Shown: positions 1-10,204, counted from the first letter of the stretch. The stretch is 64,000 nt of DNA from an uncultured Bacteroidales bacterium (GCA_964406315.1 CAYORG010000007.1:19245-83244); one strand, 5' to 3'. Notes: a model not told the origin generated them from the sequence alone. Numbers and translations: made by a program.

Positions 1-1
1 T

Positions 2-2992
2 ATGGCTGATGCGGATACGCTTGAATTTCGCTTTGTCGGAATGGAAACACAATATGTATCAATCGGCGGGAAAACAAGAATTGACGTTGTTCTGCACCCT
101 GTGATTTATACTGTTGATGAAGTTGTGGTTACTGCATTAGGGATATCAAGGGAATCAAAGTCACTGGGTTATTCTGTTACATCAGTAAACGGTGATGAAT
201 TGAGCGAAGGGAACAATCGCAGTGTGTTGAATGCACTTCAGGGTAAGGTTGCCGGAGTAAATATTACTTCTTCTTCCGGGGCTCCGGGATCATCAACACG
301 AATCCTCGTTCGTGGTATATCATCATTAACGGGTAGCAATCAGCCCTTATTTGTTGTTGATGGGGTACCCTTAAACAATTCCCAGTCAGGGAGCAGTTCG
401 ATCAATGGTGGCACAGATTTTGGAAATAAGATCAATGATTTGAATCCTGAAGATGTTGAATCCGTTTCTATACTGAAAGGTGCTTCAGGGACAGCACTAT
501 ATGGTTCGAGAGCAGCGAACGGCGTAATCATTATCACTACAAAACAGGGAGAAAAAAATAAAAAATCACTGGTAAGTTTCAGTTCCTCTGTAACATTTGA
601 AAAGCCTTTACGCCTGGTCCAATACCAGAATGATTACGGACAGGGGATCTATGGGAACCATGTGCTTTATGAGAACATGAGCTGGGGACCAAAATTCGAT
701 AACCGCTTTCGTCCATGGGGACATGAGGTGGATAGCTCTTATAGGGTAAAGTCTTACCGTGCCCTTCCTGATAATGTAAAAGAGTTTTTCGAGACGGGCA
801 GGAACTTTACGAATTCGATTTCCATCCATGGTGGAAACGATCAGACAACATATTATTTTTCTTATTCCAACATAAACTGGGATGGTATTTTCCCCACCAG
901 CGCAGATAGTTATAAAAAACACACAATTTCTTTACGGGCCTCTCATGAAATTTCGAAGCGTTTTACCACTTCTGCCTCCTTCAATTACATTAAGAAGCTC
1001 AACAGTTTTGTACCTACAGGTCAGGGTGAACAATCTGTTTACAATCAAATCATGCAAACACCCCGCGATATCAGTTTACGTGAACTCTCAGACCTGGATG
1101 AAAAATGGAATACTGTGGATAATCATTATTCATTATATACTGTTAATCCTTATTATATTTTGAAGAATAACGGGAACAGGAACAATGAGGATCGCTTGTT
1201 TGGAAGCCTTGAATTTGACTATTCTGTCCTTAAAGATTTATCATTGAAATGGAGGCTTGGCGGCGATGTTTCGAATGAGCACAGAAAGATATGGAGAAGC
1301 AGGGTTGAACCGGAAGGGAACAATGAATATGCCTCGATCTTTGATCCGGGTGCGATTGGTGAAAACTCTTTGTATCAAATGCAGATCAATAGTGATATCC
1401 TGTTGAACTACTCAAAAGAGTTTTCCAAATGGGATATCGATCTAATGATCGGCCATTCATTAAACCAACGTACCTCAAGGGGGATGAGCGCATCTGTGCA
1501 ATATTTGTATCTGGATGGCTTTTATAATATCAGCAACAGCACACAGAATTCAATTGCTTCGGAAGCTTCATCGATAAGAAGGATGCTGGGTGTCTTCGGG
1601 AGTGCGGATATTACATTCAATGACTTATGGTTCATCTCTTTTACAGCCAGAAACGAGTGGAGTTCAACTCTTCCGCCAAAGAACAATTCGTATTTTTTCC
1701 CGGGGGCGAATACAGGTATAGTATTTACAGAATTATTCCCTGCAATAAAAGATATTCTTGCATTCGGAAAAATAAGACTTAGCTGGGCCAGGGTTGGCAA
1801 TGATGCCCCGCCTTACCAGGTGTATTCTGTATTCCAACAGGGATTTCATAGCGATGGGTATGGATTTTTGACTTATCCTCTCACAGGAGAGTCCGGATCA
1901 GTATATTCTTATGATGTTGGGGATCTGATGTCAAATTCAAATCTGAAACCCGAAATAACCGATGAATATGAACTGGGAACTGATCTTAGGTTTCTCAATA
2001 ACCGGTTCTCTGTTGATTTTTCCTATTATCATAAAATTACCACCAACCTGATATGGCCTTCACCGGTACCTTATTCTTCGGGTTACAGGTACCAGATGCA
2101 GAACCTGGGTAAATTGACAAATAAAGGAATAGAAGCATTGGTAGGAATTGTTCCTGTGCGCAGAAACAACTTTGAGTGGGAATTCTCTGTGAACTTTACA
2201 AAAAACGATAACGAATTGAATTGTCTGAATGATCAGCTGGAAAAAGCCGAGTTAAATGCTCTGCGTGTTGATGGCGGCCAACAGATAACGTGGGTTGCCA
2301 TACCGGGCATGCCTGTAGGAGTTTTTGAAGCGCGTGCACCCAAATATACAAGCGAAGGAAAAATGGTTGTAAACAACCAGGGACTTCCGGTAGCCGACGA
2401 TGAGCTGCACATATACGGCGATTCTCAATATGATTATTTTATGGGAATTTCAAATAAATTCACGTATCGGAACATATGCTTTTCATTTCGATTCGATTTC
2501 AGAAAAGGAGGATTGATGTACTCCCGGACAAAAGATATTACTCTTTGGGCGGGATCAGTGCCTGCAACACTTTATAATGATCGTGAACCCTTCATTGTTC
2601 CAAATTCGGTGGTAGAAACAGGTAGGGATGAAAACGGTGATCCGGTGTATACAGAGAATACAAAACCGGTTGATCTGGCTCATCTACAGGAGTATTGGGG
2701 GAATGGAGGGAGTATGATTGATGGAGCCTCTTTAATAGATAAATCTTTCATTAAACTCAGGGAGGTTGTTCTATCCTATTCCGTACCGGAAAGATTCTTA
2801 AAAAATAATCCTGTCAGGGGTTTAACCGTAAGTGTGGCAGGCAGAAATCTGTTACTCTGGACACCTAAAAGTCAAACCTATATAGATCCGGAGTTGACTA
2901 CTTTTGGAAATGACCTGCTGGCAGATTTCGGTGAATATGGAGCTCAACCATCAACAAGAAGTGTTACTTTTAATCTGAAGGTTAATTTTTAG
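2..2992 (+). CDS. SusC-like TonB-dependent outer-membrane receptor (5' end cut by window edge)
   Basis: 996-aa ORF open at the window start. Plug-domain signatures are present (NALQGKVAGV, GAPGSSTRILVRG, PLFVVDGVP, ILKGASGTALYGSRAANGVIIITTK). A long barrel ends in a C-terminal aromatic (FNLKVNF). A SusD-like gene follows after 2 nt. Confidence 0.9.
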   Translation: MADADTLEFRFVGMETQYVSIGGKTRIDVVLHPVIYTVDEVVVTALGISRESKSLGYSVTSVNGDELSEGNNRSVLNALQGKVAGVNITSSSGAPGSSTRILVRGISSLTGSNQPLFVVDGVPLNNSQSGSSSINGGTDFGNKINDLNPEDVESVSILKGASGTALYGSRAANGVIIITTKQGEKNKKSLVSFSSSVTFEKPLRLVQYQNDYGQGIYGNHVLYENMSWGPKFDNRFRPWGHEVDSSYRVKSYRALPDNVKEFFETGRNFTNSISIHGGNDQTTYYFSYSNINWDGIFPTSADSYKKHTISLRASHEISKRFTTSASFNYIKKLNSFVPTGQGEQSVYNQIMQTPRDISLRELSDLDEKWNTVDNHYSLYTVNPYYILKNNGNRNNEDRLFGSLEFDYSVLKDLSLKWRLGGDVSNEHRKIWRSRVEPEGNNEYASIFDPGAIGENSLYQMQINSDILLNYSKEFSKWDIDLMIGHSLNQRTSRGMSASVQYLYLDGFYNISNSTQNSIASEASSIRRMLGVFGSADITFNDLWFISFTARNEWSSTLPPKNNSYFFPGANTGIVFTELFPAIKDILAFGKIRLSWARVGNDAPPYQVYSVFQQGFHSDGYGFLTYPLTGESGSVYSYDVGDLMSNSNLKPEITDEYELGTDLRFLNNRFSVDFSYYHKITTNLIWPSPVPYSSGYRYQMQNLGKLTNKGIEALVGIVPVRRNNFEWEFSVNFTKNDNELNCLNDQLEKAELNALRVDGGQQITWVAIPGMPVGVFEARAPKYTSEGKMVVNNQGLPVADDELHIYGDSQYDYFMGISNKFTYRNICFSFRFDFRKGGLMYSRTKDITLWAGSVPATLYNDREPFIVPNSVVETGRDENGDPVYTENTKPVDLAHLQEYWGNGGSMIDGASLIDKSFIKLREVVLSYSVPERFLKNNPVRGLTVSVAGRNLLLWTPKSQTYIDPELTTFGNDLLADFGEYGAQPSTRSVTFNLKVNF

Positions 2993-2994
2993 TT

Positions 2995-4530
2995 ATGAGG
3001 AACGGAATGTATATAGTAATAGCAAGTTTCTTTCTTCTTACTTCCTGTGAAGACTGGCTGGATGTAAACCAGGATCCGAATAATCCGTCGGAGGAACAGG
3101 TGAGTTATGAATCGGTTCTTTCATCAGGCATATCATCAATAGCGTATGTTGTTGGAGGAAGATACCAGGTGCTTGGTGCTTTGTGGTCACAACATTGGAC
3201 CCAGTCCCTGGGTGCTTCACAATATGCAGGTATTGATGCATATGATATCAATAGCAGCAGTTTTGACGACAGACAATTTGGAGAATTGTATGCAGGAGCT
3301 TTAAAAGCGTTGGAATACGTGAGGATTGAATCGGAGAAAGAAGAGGAGTGGAATTATTATCTGATAACCACAGTATTGCAGGTGTATACATTTCAGATCC
3401 TCGCTGATTTGTACGATGAGGTCCCTTTCTCAGATGCTTTGCAGGGTGAAACAGGCAATGTAACTCCAGTTTATGAAAAAGGGCAGGATGTTTATGATAG
3501 TCTTATCGTAAGGCTTGACGTTGCTCTTGCCAAAGACTTTGATATTCAGGAAATGAAAGATCCGGGGGAATCCGACCTGATTTTCAGTGGCAACATAGAT
3601 CGCTGGATAGAATTTGCAAACACATTGAAATTAAAAATATTTATGCGTCAGAGTGAAGTGCGACCAGAATTAGCCAGACAGGGCATAGAAAAATTATACG
3701 ATAATGAAGTTGATTTTTTAGTAACCGATGCACGTATGGATTATTTCCATGATGCAACAGGAGAAAGAAATCCGCTTTATGAAACAGAGGAGAATGTATT
3801 GGGAGGGAATCCGAATTTGATATTGAGCCGCACATTACACAGTTTTTTGCAGGATAATAGTGATTTCGACAGACTGGATTTAATGTTTAATACTCCTGCT
3901 GACGGAGGGCCTCATAAATCCCTGATTCAGGGCAATTATAATGATCCGGATGAACCGGCCGGAACAAACCATACAAGCTATTCAAAGCCTGTTTTCCTTG
4001 CAAACGCACCTGTTTATTTCATGAGTTCTTCGGAAGCATGCTTTTTACAAGCTGAAGCAATGATCCGTTATAATGTTGGTTCTTATTCCGATGCAAGAGA
4101 CAAATACAATCAGGCTATTACAAATGCATTTATACGCCTTTTATCTGTTAACACTTTTTTTACAGAGGATGATATTATCGAACGTGCGGCATCTTTTATT
4201 AACGGTCCGTATAGATTACCCGCGGAAGGCAGCCCGCTTGAGGAATCGGTCAAATCCATTATGATCCAAAAATGGATTGCTCTTGCAGGCATTCAGAGTT
4301 TGGAAACCTTTTTTGAGCACAACCGCACTCATTATCCTGAAATATGTGATGTATTGCCTGATGATGAGGATTATGAACCCGGACAGTTTACAATATCTGT
4401 GAACAATGTAACTAGCGGCAGATTTCCAAAACGATTGATATTCCCGGAATCAGAAATATCGGGAAATCCAAATACACCTGAACCTAAAGCTGTATGGGAA
4501 AAGGTATGGTGGGATACAAAACCGGAATAA
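2995..4530 (+). CDS. SusD/RagB-family nutrient-binding outer-membrane lipoprotein
   Basis: 511 aa with a lipoprotein signal (FFLLTSC) followed by CEDWLDVNQDPNNP, typical of the SusD family. Paired with the upstream SusC homolog. Confidence 0.88.
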   Translation: MRNGMYIVIASFFLLTSCEDWLDVNQDPNNPSEEQVSYESVLSSGISSIAYVVGGRYQVLGALWSQHWTQSLGASQYAGIDAYDINSSSFDDRQFGELYAGALKALEYVRIESEKEEEWNYYLITTVLQVYTFQILADLYDEVPFSDALQGETGNVTPVYEKGQDVYDSLIVRLDVALAKDFDIQEMKDPGESDLIFSGNIDRWIEFANTLKLKIFMRQSEVRPELARQGIEKLYDNEVDFLVTDARMDYFHDATGERNPLYETEENVLGGNPNLILSRTLHSFLQDNSDFDRLDLMFNTPADGGPHKSLIQGNYNDPDEPAGTNHTSYSKPVFLANAPVYFMSSSEACFLQAEAMIRYNVGSYSDARDKYNQAITNAFIRLLSVNTFFTEDDIIERAASFINGPYRLPAEGSPLEESVKSIMIQKWIALAGIQSLETFFEHNRTHYPEICDVLPDDEDYEPGQFTISVNNVTSGRFPKRLIFPESEISGNPNTPEPKAVWEKVWWDTKPE

Positions 4531-4537
4531 TATTTTA

Positions 4538-5185
4538 ATGAAAAAAAGTTTTGCATATTATTTGATAGGATTCTTATTCCTGATTACAGGATGTGAAAAG
4601 TGGTATACAACAGAAGATGTATCACATGTTTCTTATCTCCCGGAATTCGAATTGGAAGGAGGTGAGTTTATATCAATTCAAAGATCAGACACATCAGAAT
4701 TTGAAGATCCGGGTGTTGCAGCTTATGCTGATGGAGAAGAATTAACGGTATATGCATCCGGAGAGGTGGATCTGACAGAAGTTGGAGTTTACATTATAAG
4801 GTATTTTGCTTTGAATCAGGATAACCTGCTGGGTACTGCGGAGAGAATTGTTGCAGTTACACATCATGATGTAAACAGCAATGATCTGTCAGGTACCTAT
4901 TCAACTGATATTTGGGGCCTTGTGGAATCGAAAATGAAAAAGATAGAAAAGAATGGACTTTATGAAAGTGAAGATGTGATGGGATTCCCGGGGTATCAAA
5001 TTCAGGGAAGGTTCGTTGATCTTGGAAATGATGAACTGGAATTAATTCATGGAGAAGGATACTTTGGCAGATATAGCGGATCAGAGGGATCATATACACG
5101 ATCGACACTGTCCTGGACGATATTTCTTGTGGATCCTCCTTACGAAGGTGTTGAGATTGAGGTATTATGGAGAAAAAAAAATTAG
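4538..5185 (+). CDS. PUL-associated surface lipoprotein with Ig-like (DUF5011-like) segment
   Basis: 215 aa with lipobox LFLITGC. The segment PGVAAYADGEEL..GVYIIRYFALNQDN resembles Ig-like domains common downstream of SusD genes. Confidence 0.55.
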   Translation: MKKSFAYYLIGFLFLITGCEKWYTTEDVSHVSYLPEFELEGGEFISIQRSDTSEFEDPGVAAYADGEELTVYASGEVDLTEVGVYIIRYFALNQDNLLGTAERIVAVTHHDVNSNDLSGTYSTDIWGLVESKMKKIEKNGLYESEDVMGFPGYQIQGRFVDLGNDELELIHGEGYFGRYSGSEGSYTRSTLSWTIFLVDPPYEGVEIEVLWRKKN

Positions 5186-5186
5186 T

Positions 5187-5744
5187 ATGAGTATTAAAAG
5201 TGAAATTGCAATTGTCTTATTCCTGGTATCAAGCCTGATGTCCTGCATACAAAAAGAATATGATATTGAATATCAGGATGATTACCCTAATAAGTTTGCA
5301 GGGAATTGGATTGTTTTTGAATTTCCAGGCGGTGAAATTGGAACTACCCTGTATGAACCCTATGACCTGGTAACATCTCTTGATCCCAACAACAAGGGAT
5401 ATATGATTATTGACAAACTATACGATTCAGATACGAGAGTGAGAGCGGAGTATTCTGACAGTGCTTTTTATGTTTATATGGGAGAACAGCTTGAACAAAT
5501 CAGCACGAATACATATGATATAGAATATATTAGTGTGGATGGATACATTACTGCTAATCCTGTATTGATTAATATGGCTTATAATTTCGCTGCTTTATCT
5601 TTTGAAAGTATTTCATTCGAAATTTCTGATATAGAGGATATTATATATATGCATGCAGGTTTTTATGATGCCTACAAGACTGTGGTTGATACGGTTCTGA
5701 TAATAGGATACAGAAAGACCGGGTTTGAAGAGACAACTTATTAA
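5187..5744 (+). CDS. hypothetical lipoprotein (PUL-associated)
   Basis: The start is moved to the internal ATG at 5187, giving MSIKSEIAIVLFLVSSLMSC with a lipobox, 1 nt after the upstream stop. The track ORF from 5049 overlaps the preceding gene. Confidence 0.55.
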   Translation: MSIKSEIAIVLFLVSSLMSCIQKEYDIEYQDDYPNKFAGNWIVFEFPGGEIGTTLYEPYDLVTSLDPNNKGYMIIDKLYDSDTRVRAEYSDSAFYVYMGEQLEQISTNTYDIEYISVDGYITANPVLINMAYNFAALSFESISFEISDIEDIIYMHAGFYDAYKTVVDTVLIIGYRKTGFEETTY

Positions 5745-5761
5745 AGTTTAGCAAACGTAAT

Positions 5762-8700
5762 ATGAAAAATATCGAAAAGAAATATTATGGGCATATCATA
5801 ATTGCTTTATTCGTTTTGGTTTTCAGCATTATACTTATTCCCGGAAAGGATCTGAAAACAAATTCGAATCCCGGGTCGATGATCCCCGGTTATGATAAAC
5901 CTGAAGGATATTATGAATTTTTCCGGAGGATAACCACACCGATTGGCGCTGATGAAAGCGATTATAAAACGAACTACCGGTATGAGGAATTGCAAAAGGC
6001 TTTGGAAGCTCATCCCTTTGAAAAATCAGGGAAAAGTATTTTCAACTGGACACATAGAGGACCGGGAAATGTTGGGGGAAGAACCAGGAAAGTTATCATT
6101 GACCCTGAAGACCCGACGAATATGACCTGGTTTGCGGCTTCAGCCAGTGGTGGCGTGTGGAAGACGACAGATGGAGGAGAATCCTGGCAGCATCTTACGG
6201 ATGAATTGTCGAATCTTGCAACCAATGCAATTGCTATGGCATCCTCAAATCATGACGTATTGTATATCGGAACAGGAGAAGGATATGGTGGATTTGGCAT
6301 GGTCAATGGAAGTGGGATGTACAGAAGTAATGACAAGGGAACAAGCTGGATCCCAATTGATACCACTATAGAGGATGAGAATTTTAAGTGGGTCAATCAA
6401 ATCATTGTGAATGAAAATGATGAGGATATAGTACTGGCTGCTACCAACTCCGGTATTTTCAGATCCATGAACGGCGGACTGACCTGGGATACAACTTACT
6501 TTACAGGACATGCAGTTCAGGATATAGCTGTAAATCCTTTGGATTGTAATACATTGTATGCAGGTGTGAACAAATGGGGCATTATTAAATCATACAACCA
6601 GGGGATCAAATGGTTCGATGCCATTGAAGGTATAGCCACAGGATCAAGATTTTCCGTAACCGTAAGTCCTGTCGATACAAATTTCATTTATACGAGCGTG
6701 GAAGCTCCTGATCTGGAAACGCATGTATATGCCTCTGACGATGGAGCCCAGAGCTGGAAAAAGCTTAACGATTACAACCAGACTTTCATTCATTTCCTCG
6801 GTGTTCAGGGATGGTTTAATAATATTATCAAAGCCCATCCCTTTTCTAAGAACAAAGTTTTTATCGGAGGAGTGGATCTGGGTTGTATTGAATTCAAAAA
6901 TACGACCAATGTAAGTGAACCACAGGTTTTAAGAACAGATACATTTGGAACGGCATCATTTATGGGTTTTGTTAATTTTGGCGGGATTTCGCTTGGAGGA
7001 GGTATGTCCACAGGTCTTGATGAAGAAGCTGATATTGAAGAAGAAGATTTCACCAGCATCGAAATACGATTTGGTCCGGGAAAATCTCAAAAAGCACATC
7101 GATTTATCGTGCCGGAAGGTGAAGGGCCGGGAGTGCCACCTGAAGATTATACATACATGGATTACATAGAAGTTGATTTTGAAGCATGGGATACGGATAA
7201 CAACAGGCAGCTCATGGTATCCTTCAGAGATCAGGAGAGAGACGGAGAATTTAACCTGATAAAAAGGGAATACGGTGATGATATTAGTGGCAGAGAATAC
7301 CTGTTTGTTCATGCAATGGAATACAAGAATGATCCTGATCCTGAAATTTCAATGGATGGAGGACATTATCATAAAATGATGTATTTTTTCTGGCCGACTC
7401 TTGGTGAGGATCTCGAAACTATGCCGGAGGTTATTCCTGAATCAAGAATACGTGTGAAATACGGATCTTTGTTATTGCAGGATGCAAATACTACGATCCT
7501 TGCGGATGCCAGCAGGAATACCCAATTGCATGTAGATCATCATGATTTACACTTTATTATTACAGATGAAGAGAATGAAAAATTTTCAATTCTCGATGCA
7601 AATGACGGGGGATTTGGTTTTTCAACCGATCAGGGAAATACCTGGAAACAGATCAATAAGGGGTATTTGACTACCCAGTTCTATGGCGTTGCGAAAAAAC
7701 CCGGAAGTCATGAATATATTGGAGGAATGCAGGATAATGGCACATGGCAGTCGCCCATAGGTGAGATTGCAACAGCCGGTTCTGAATACGAAAGCAGGGT
7801 AGAAGGTGATGGTTTTGAATGTCTGTGGCATCCTGTATATCCGCATCGCATCCTGGCTTCTTCCTATTACAATTTGTTTAAAGTGTCAAATGACGGAGGG
7901 GAAACCTGGAGTTCTGCTACCAATGGAATTATAGGGGATGGGCCTTTTCTCTCCAGACTCTCACATTCGCCAAATAATCCGGACCTGGTATTCGCCGTTG
8001 GTAACTGGGGTGTATACAGACATACTAACTTTTGTATTGGAAGATACGATTGGGAATTGATCGAAATTGATGATGGATGGTCTATTGAAGATCAGGTTAC
8101 AAGTTCTCATAGTGTGGAAGTATCATTGGCAGATGAAAAAATAGTATGGGCAGGGGCAGGAATGTATGAAAATCCTGATCTGTCTGTGTTTTTATCAAAG
8201 AATTACGGTAAGACATTTGAACCGGTGAATCTATATGATGAATGGGAAATGGGCTATCTTACTTCTATTGCAACCCATCCGACAGATCCTGCAACAGCCT
8301 ACCTTTTGTTTTCAATGAATAAGAGACCAAAAATTCTCAGGACTGAAGATTTTGGTGAAACATGGGAAGATATTACTTGGTTTGAAAAAACTGACAGTAC
8401 AAGTCATAATGGTTTTCAGGATATCATGGTATATTCATTGTTGGTTTTTCCGTACAATACTGATATAATTTGGGCAGGAACGGAAATTGGCATTTTTGAA
8501 AGTACTGATAACGGAGTATCCTGGCATTTGGCAAACAGCGGTTTGCCAAATGTTTCGGTATGGCAAATGTTTATTCAGGACAATACTTTGGTGGTGGCTA
8601 CGCACGGAAGGGGAATCTGGACAGCTCCTCAATATCCGGGAGCAATTGAAGAAAATGAAATGCAGGAAATACTATGCATTCAGACATATCCAAATCCTTC

Positions 8701-8920
8701 TTATGGCATCGTTCATCTTGAATTCGAATCAGATGATTTTGGCAATGTAAATGTTGTGGTTTATAACCTGAAAGGTGAAAAAGTGTATCAAAATAGTTTT
8801 ATTAAGAACAGCAACATGTTTCATGAGCTATTAAATCTGGAAACTCTTTTTGCCGGCTCGTATATTCTCTTTGCTGAGCTTGATGGGAATGTATTTGTCT
8901 CAAAACTAATCTTAAACTGA
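5762..8920 (+). CDS. BNR/Asp-box beta-propeller protein (sortilin/GH74-like fold) with T9SS C-terminal sorting domain
   Basis: 1052 aa with an N-terminal signal/TM. It has about 9 Asp-box-like repeats (TTDGGESW, SNDKGTSW, SMNGGLTW, ASDDGAQSW, STDQGNTW, SNDGGETW, TEDFGETW, STDNGVSW). The last ~80 aa (TYPNPSYGIVHLEF...VVYNLKGEKV...LILN) look like a type A Por/T9SS sorting domain. Confidence 0.8.
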   Translation: MKNIEKKYYGHIIIALFVLVFSIILIPGKDLKTNSNPGSMIPGYDKPEGYYEFFRRITTPIGADESDYKTNYRYEELQKALEAHPFEKSGKSIFNWTHRGPGNVGGRTRKVIIDPEDPTNMTWFAASASGGVWKTTDGGESWQHLTDELSNLATNAIAMASSNHDVLYIGTGEGYGGFGMVNGSGMYRSNDKGTSWIPIDTTIEDENFKWVNQIIVNENDEDIVLAATNSGIFRSMNGGLTWDTTYFTGHAVQDIAVNPLDCNTLYAGVNKWGIIKSYNQGIKWFDAIEGIATGSRFSVTVSPVDTNFIYTSVEAPDLETHVYASDDGAQSWKKLNDYNQTFIHFLGVQGWFNNIIKAHPFSKNKVFIGGVDLGCIEFKNTTNVSEPQVLRTDTFGTASFMGFVNFGGISLGGGMSTGLDEEADIEEEDFTSIEIRFGPGKSQKAHRFIVPEGEGPGVPPEDYTYMDYIEVDFEAWDTDNNRQLMVSFRDQERDGEFNLIKREYGDDISGREYLFVHAMEYKNDPDPEISMDGGHYHKMMYFFWPTLGEDLETMPEVIPESRIRVKYGSLLLQDANTTILADASRNTQLHVDHHDLHFIITDEENEKFSILDANDGGFGFSTDQGNTWKQINKGYLTTQFYGVAKKPGSHEYIGGMQDNGTWQSPIGEIATAGSEYESRVEGDGFECLWHPVYPHRILASSYYNLFKVSNDGGETWSSATNGIIGDGPFLSRLSHSPNNPDLVFAVGNWGVYRHTNFCIGRYDWELIEIDDGWSIEDQVTSSHSVEVSLADEKIVWAGAGMYENPDLSVFLSKNYGKTFEPVNLYDEWEMGYLTSIATHPTDPATAYLLFSMNKRPKILRTEDFGETWEDITWFEKTDSTSHNGFQDIMVYSLLVFPYNTDIIWAGTEIGIFESTDNGVSWHLANSGLPNVSVWQMFIQDNTLVVATHGRGIWTAPQYPGAIEENEMQEILCIQTYPNPSYGIVHLEFESDDFGNVNVVVYNLKGEKVYQNSFIKNSNMFHELLNLETLFAGSYILFAELDGNVFVSKLILN

Positions 8921-8970
8921 GTATTATAACAGGATTATTCACCTGTAAAATCAGGTTCCGCAGTATTTAT

Positions 8971-8978
8971 TATATTTG
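8971..8978 (+). promoter_or_regulatory. candidate Bacteroidetes -7 promoter element (TATATTTG) upstream of cysD
   Basis: Matches the TAnnTTTG consensus. Lies 117 nt upstream of the cysD ATG. There is no other support. Confidence 0.3.
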
Positions 8979-9094
8979 CAAACTACTTAATCTGCATCAT
9001 TTATAAACAATATATTTTTTCCATGTTTATAAATAATACGGATTAAAAAAGTGAAATTTCATTTTACAAATTACATTGTCAAGATCTCTATAGG

Positions 9095-10000
9095 ATGGAA
9101 AATTACAAGATCAATCATTTGCGTGAGCTGGAGGCGGAATCAATTTATGTGATCAGAGAGGTTGCAGCACAATTTGAACGACCGACTCTTCTTTTTTCAG
9201 GTGGTAAAGATTCCATTGTTATGTATTATCTTGCGCGAAAAGCTTTCTGGCCTGCAAAAGTGCCATTCCCGCTCTTGCATATCGATACAGGACATAATTT
9301 TTCGGAAACACTCGAGTTCAGAGACAAGCTGGCAAAAGATACCGGGGTACAATGTATTGTCAGGTTCGTTCAGGATTCTATTGATCAGGGGAAAGTCCAG
9401 GAAGAAACCGGAGTCTATGCCAGCCGCAATGTCTTACAGACTGTTACCCTTCTTGATGCAATCGAAGAATTGAAATTTGATGCAGCTTTGGGTGGAGGAA
9501 GAAGAGATGAAGAGAAAGCACGGGCTAAAGAACGTTTTTTTTCTCATCGTGATGAATTTGGACAATGGGATCCGAAAAATCAGCGTCCGGAATTATGGAA
9601 TCTTTTTAACAGTAAAAAGAAAATCGGAGAACATTTCAGGGTATTTCCATTGAGCAATTGGACCGAGATGGATATATGGCAATACATATACATGGAAGAT
9701 ATTGAAATACCTGATTTGTATTTTACTCATAAAAGAAGAGTTTTTAATCGGGATGGAGTGTGGCTTGCAGAAGCGCCATTTATGAAATTAAAAGACAATG
9801 AAAAAATACAGGAACTGGATGTTCGTTGCAGAACCATTGGAGATATTACCTGTACAGGACTTACGCTCTCAAAAGCAAATTCACTTGAAGATATAATAAG
9901 AGAAGTTGCAGCGACAAGAACTACTGAAAGAGGAGGAAGGGCAGATGATAAAAGATCTGAGGCTGCCATGGAAGATCGTAAGAAAGAAGGGTATTTTTAA
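9095..10000 (+). CDS. cysD: sulfate adenylyltransferase subunit 2
   Basis: 301 aa with the PAPS-reductase/ATP-PPase motif FSGGKDS and a conserved CysD C-terminus (GERGGRADDKRSEAAMEDRKKEGYF). Confidence 0.93.
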   Translation: MENYKINHLRELEAESIYVIREVAAQFERPTLLFSGGKDSIVMYYLARKAFWPAKVPFPLLHIDTGHNFSETLEFRDKLAKDTGVQCIVRFVQDSIDQGKVQEETGVYASRNVLQTVTLLDAIEELKFDAALGGGRRDEEKARAKERFFSHRDEFGQWDPKNQRPELWNLFNSKKKIGEHFRVFPLSNWTEMDIWQYIYMEDIEIPDLYFTHKRRVFNRDGVWLAEAPFMKLKDNEKIQELDVRCRTIGDITCTGLTLSKANSLEDIIREVAATRTTERGGRADDKRSEAAMEDRKKEGYF

Positions 10001-10204
10001 TTAAAAATTAAGAATTAAGAATTAAAAATTAAGAATTAAAAATTAAGAATGAATAATTGGGTTGGCTGGAGTTTAGAAGCCTGCAATGTAGAAATGAGAA
10101 GGCAAAAGGTAAAAGGCAAAAGGCAGAAAAAACAAACAATTACCAAGACCAGCGACTAATAACTAACAACTTGAGACTAACATCTAACTCTAAACTTAAA
10201 ATTA
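10001..10204 (+). repeat. word-repeat spacer between cysD and cysN: (TTAARAA)x8 then degenerate 7-mers including (AAGGYAR)x4
   Basis: Read directly. 10001-10056 is ttaaaaa/ttaagaa x7 plus tgaataa, starting at the base after the cysD TAA. 10099-10126 is aaggcaa aaggtaa aaggcaa aaggcag. 10150-10200 is a run of ..acta/..acttgagacta.. 7-mers ending at the cysN ATG. Confidence 0.85.

Noticed and set aside
5049-5186. N-terminal extensions given by the ORF track (5049-5186, 12277-12369, 25559-25594, 35917-35967, 44253-44312, 49038-49067, 61332-61370, 63796-63855)
   Set aside because: In each case an internal ATG gives a proper signal peptide or the conserved family N-terminus and removes overlap with the neighbouring gene. 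The extended parts are AT-rich or low complexity.
10001-10204. Possible CRISPR array in the tandem-repeat spacers (also 15366-15490 and 17981-18100)
   Set aside because: The repeat units are only 7-8 nt and directly abutting. There are no 25-40-nt unique spacers, no 24-48-nt repeats and no cas genes anywhere in the window.
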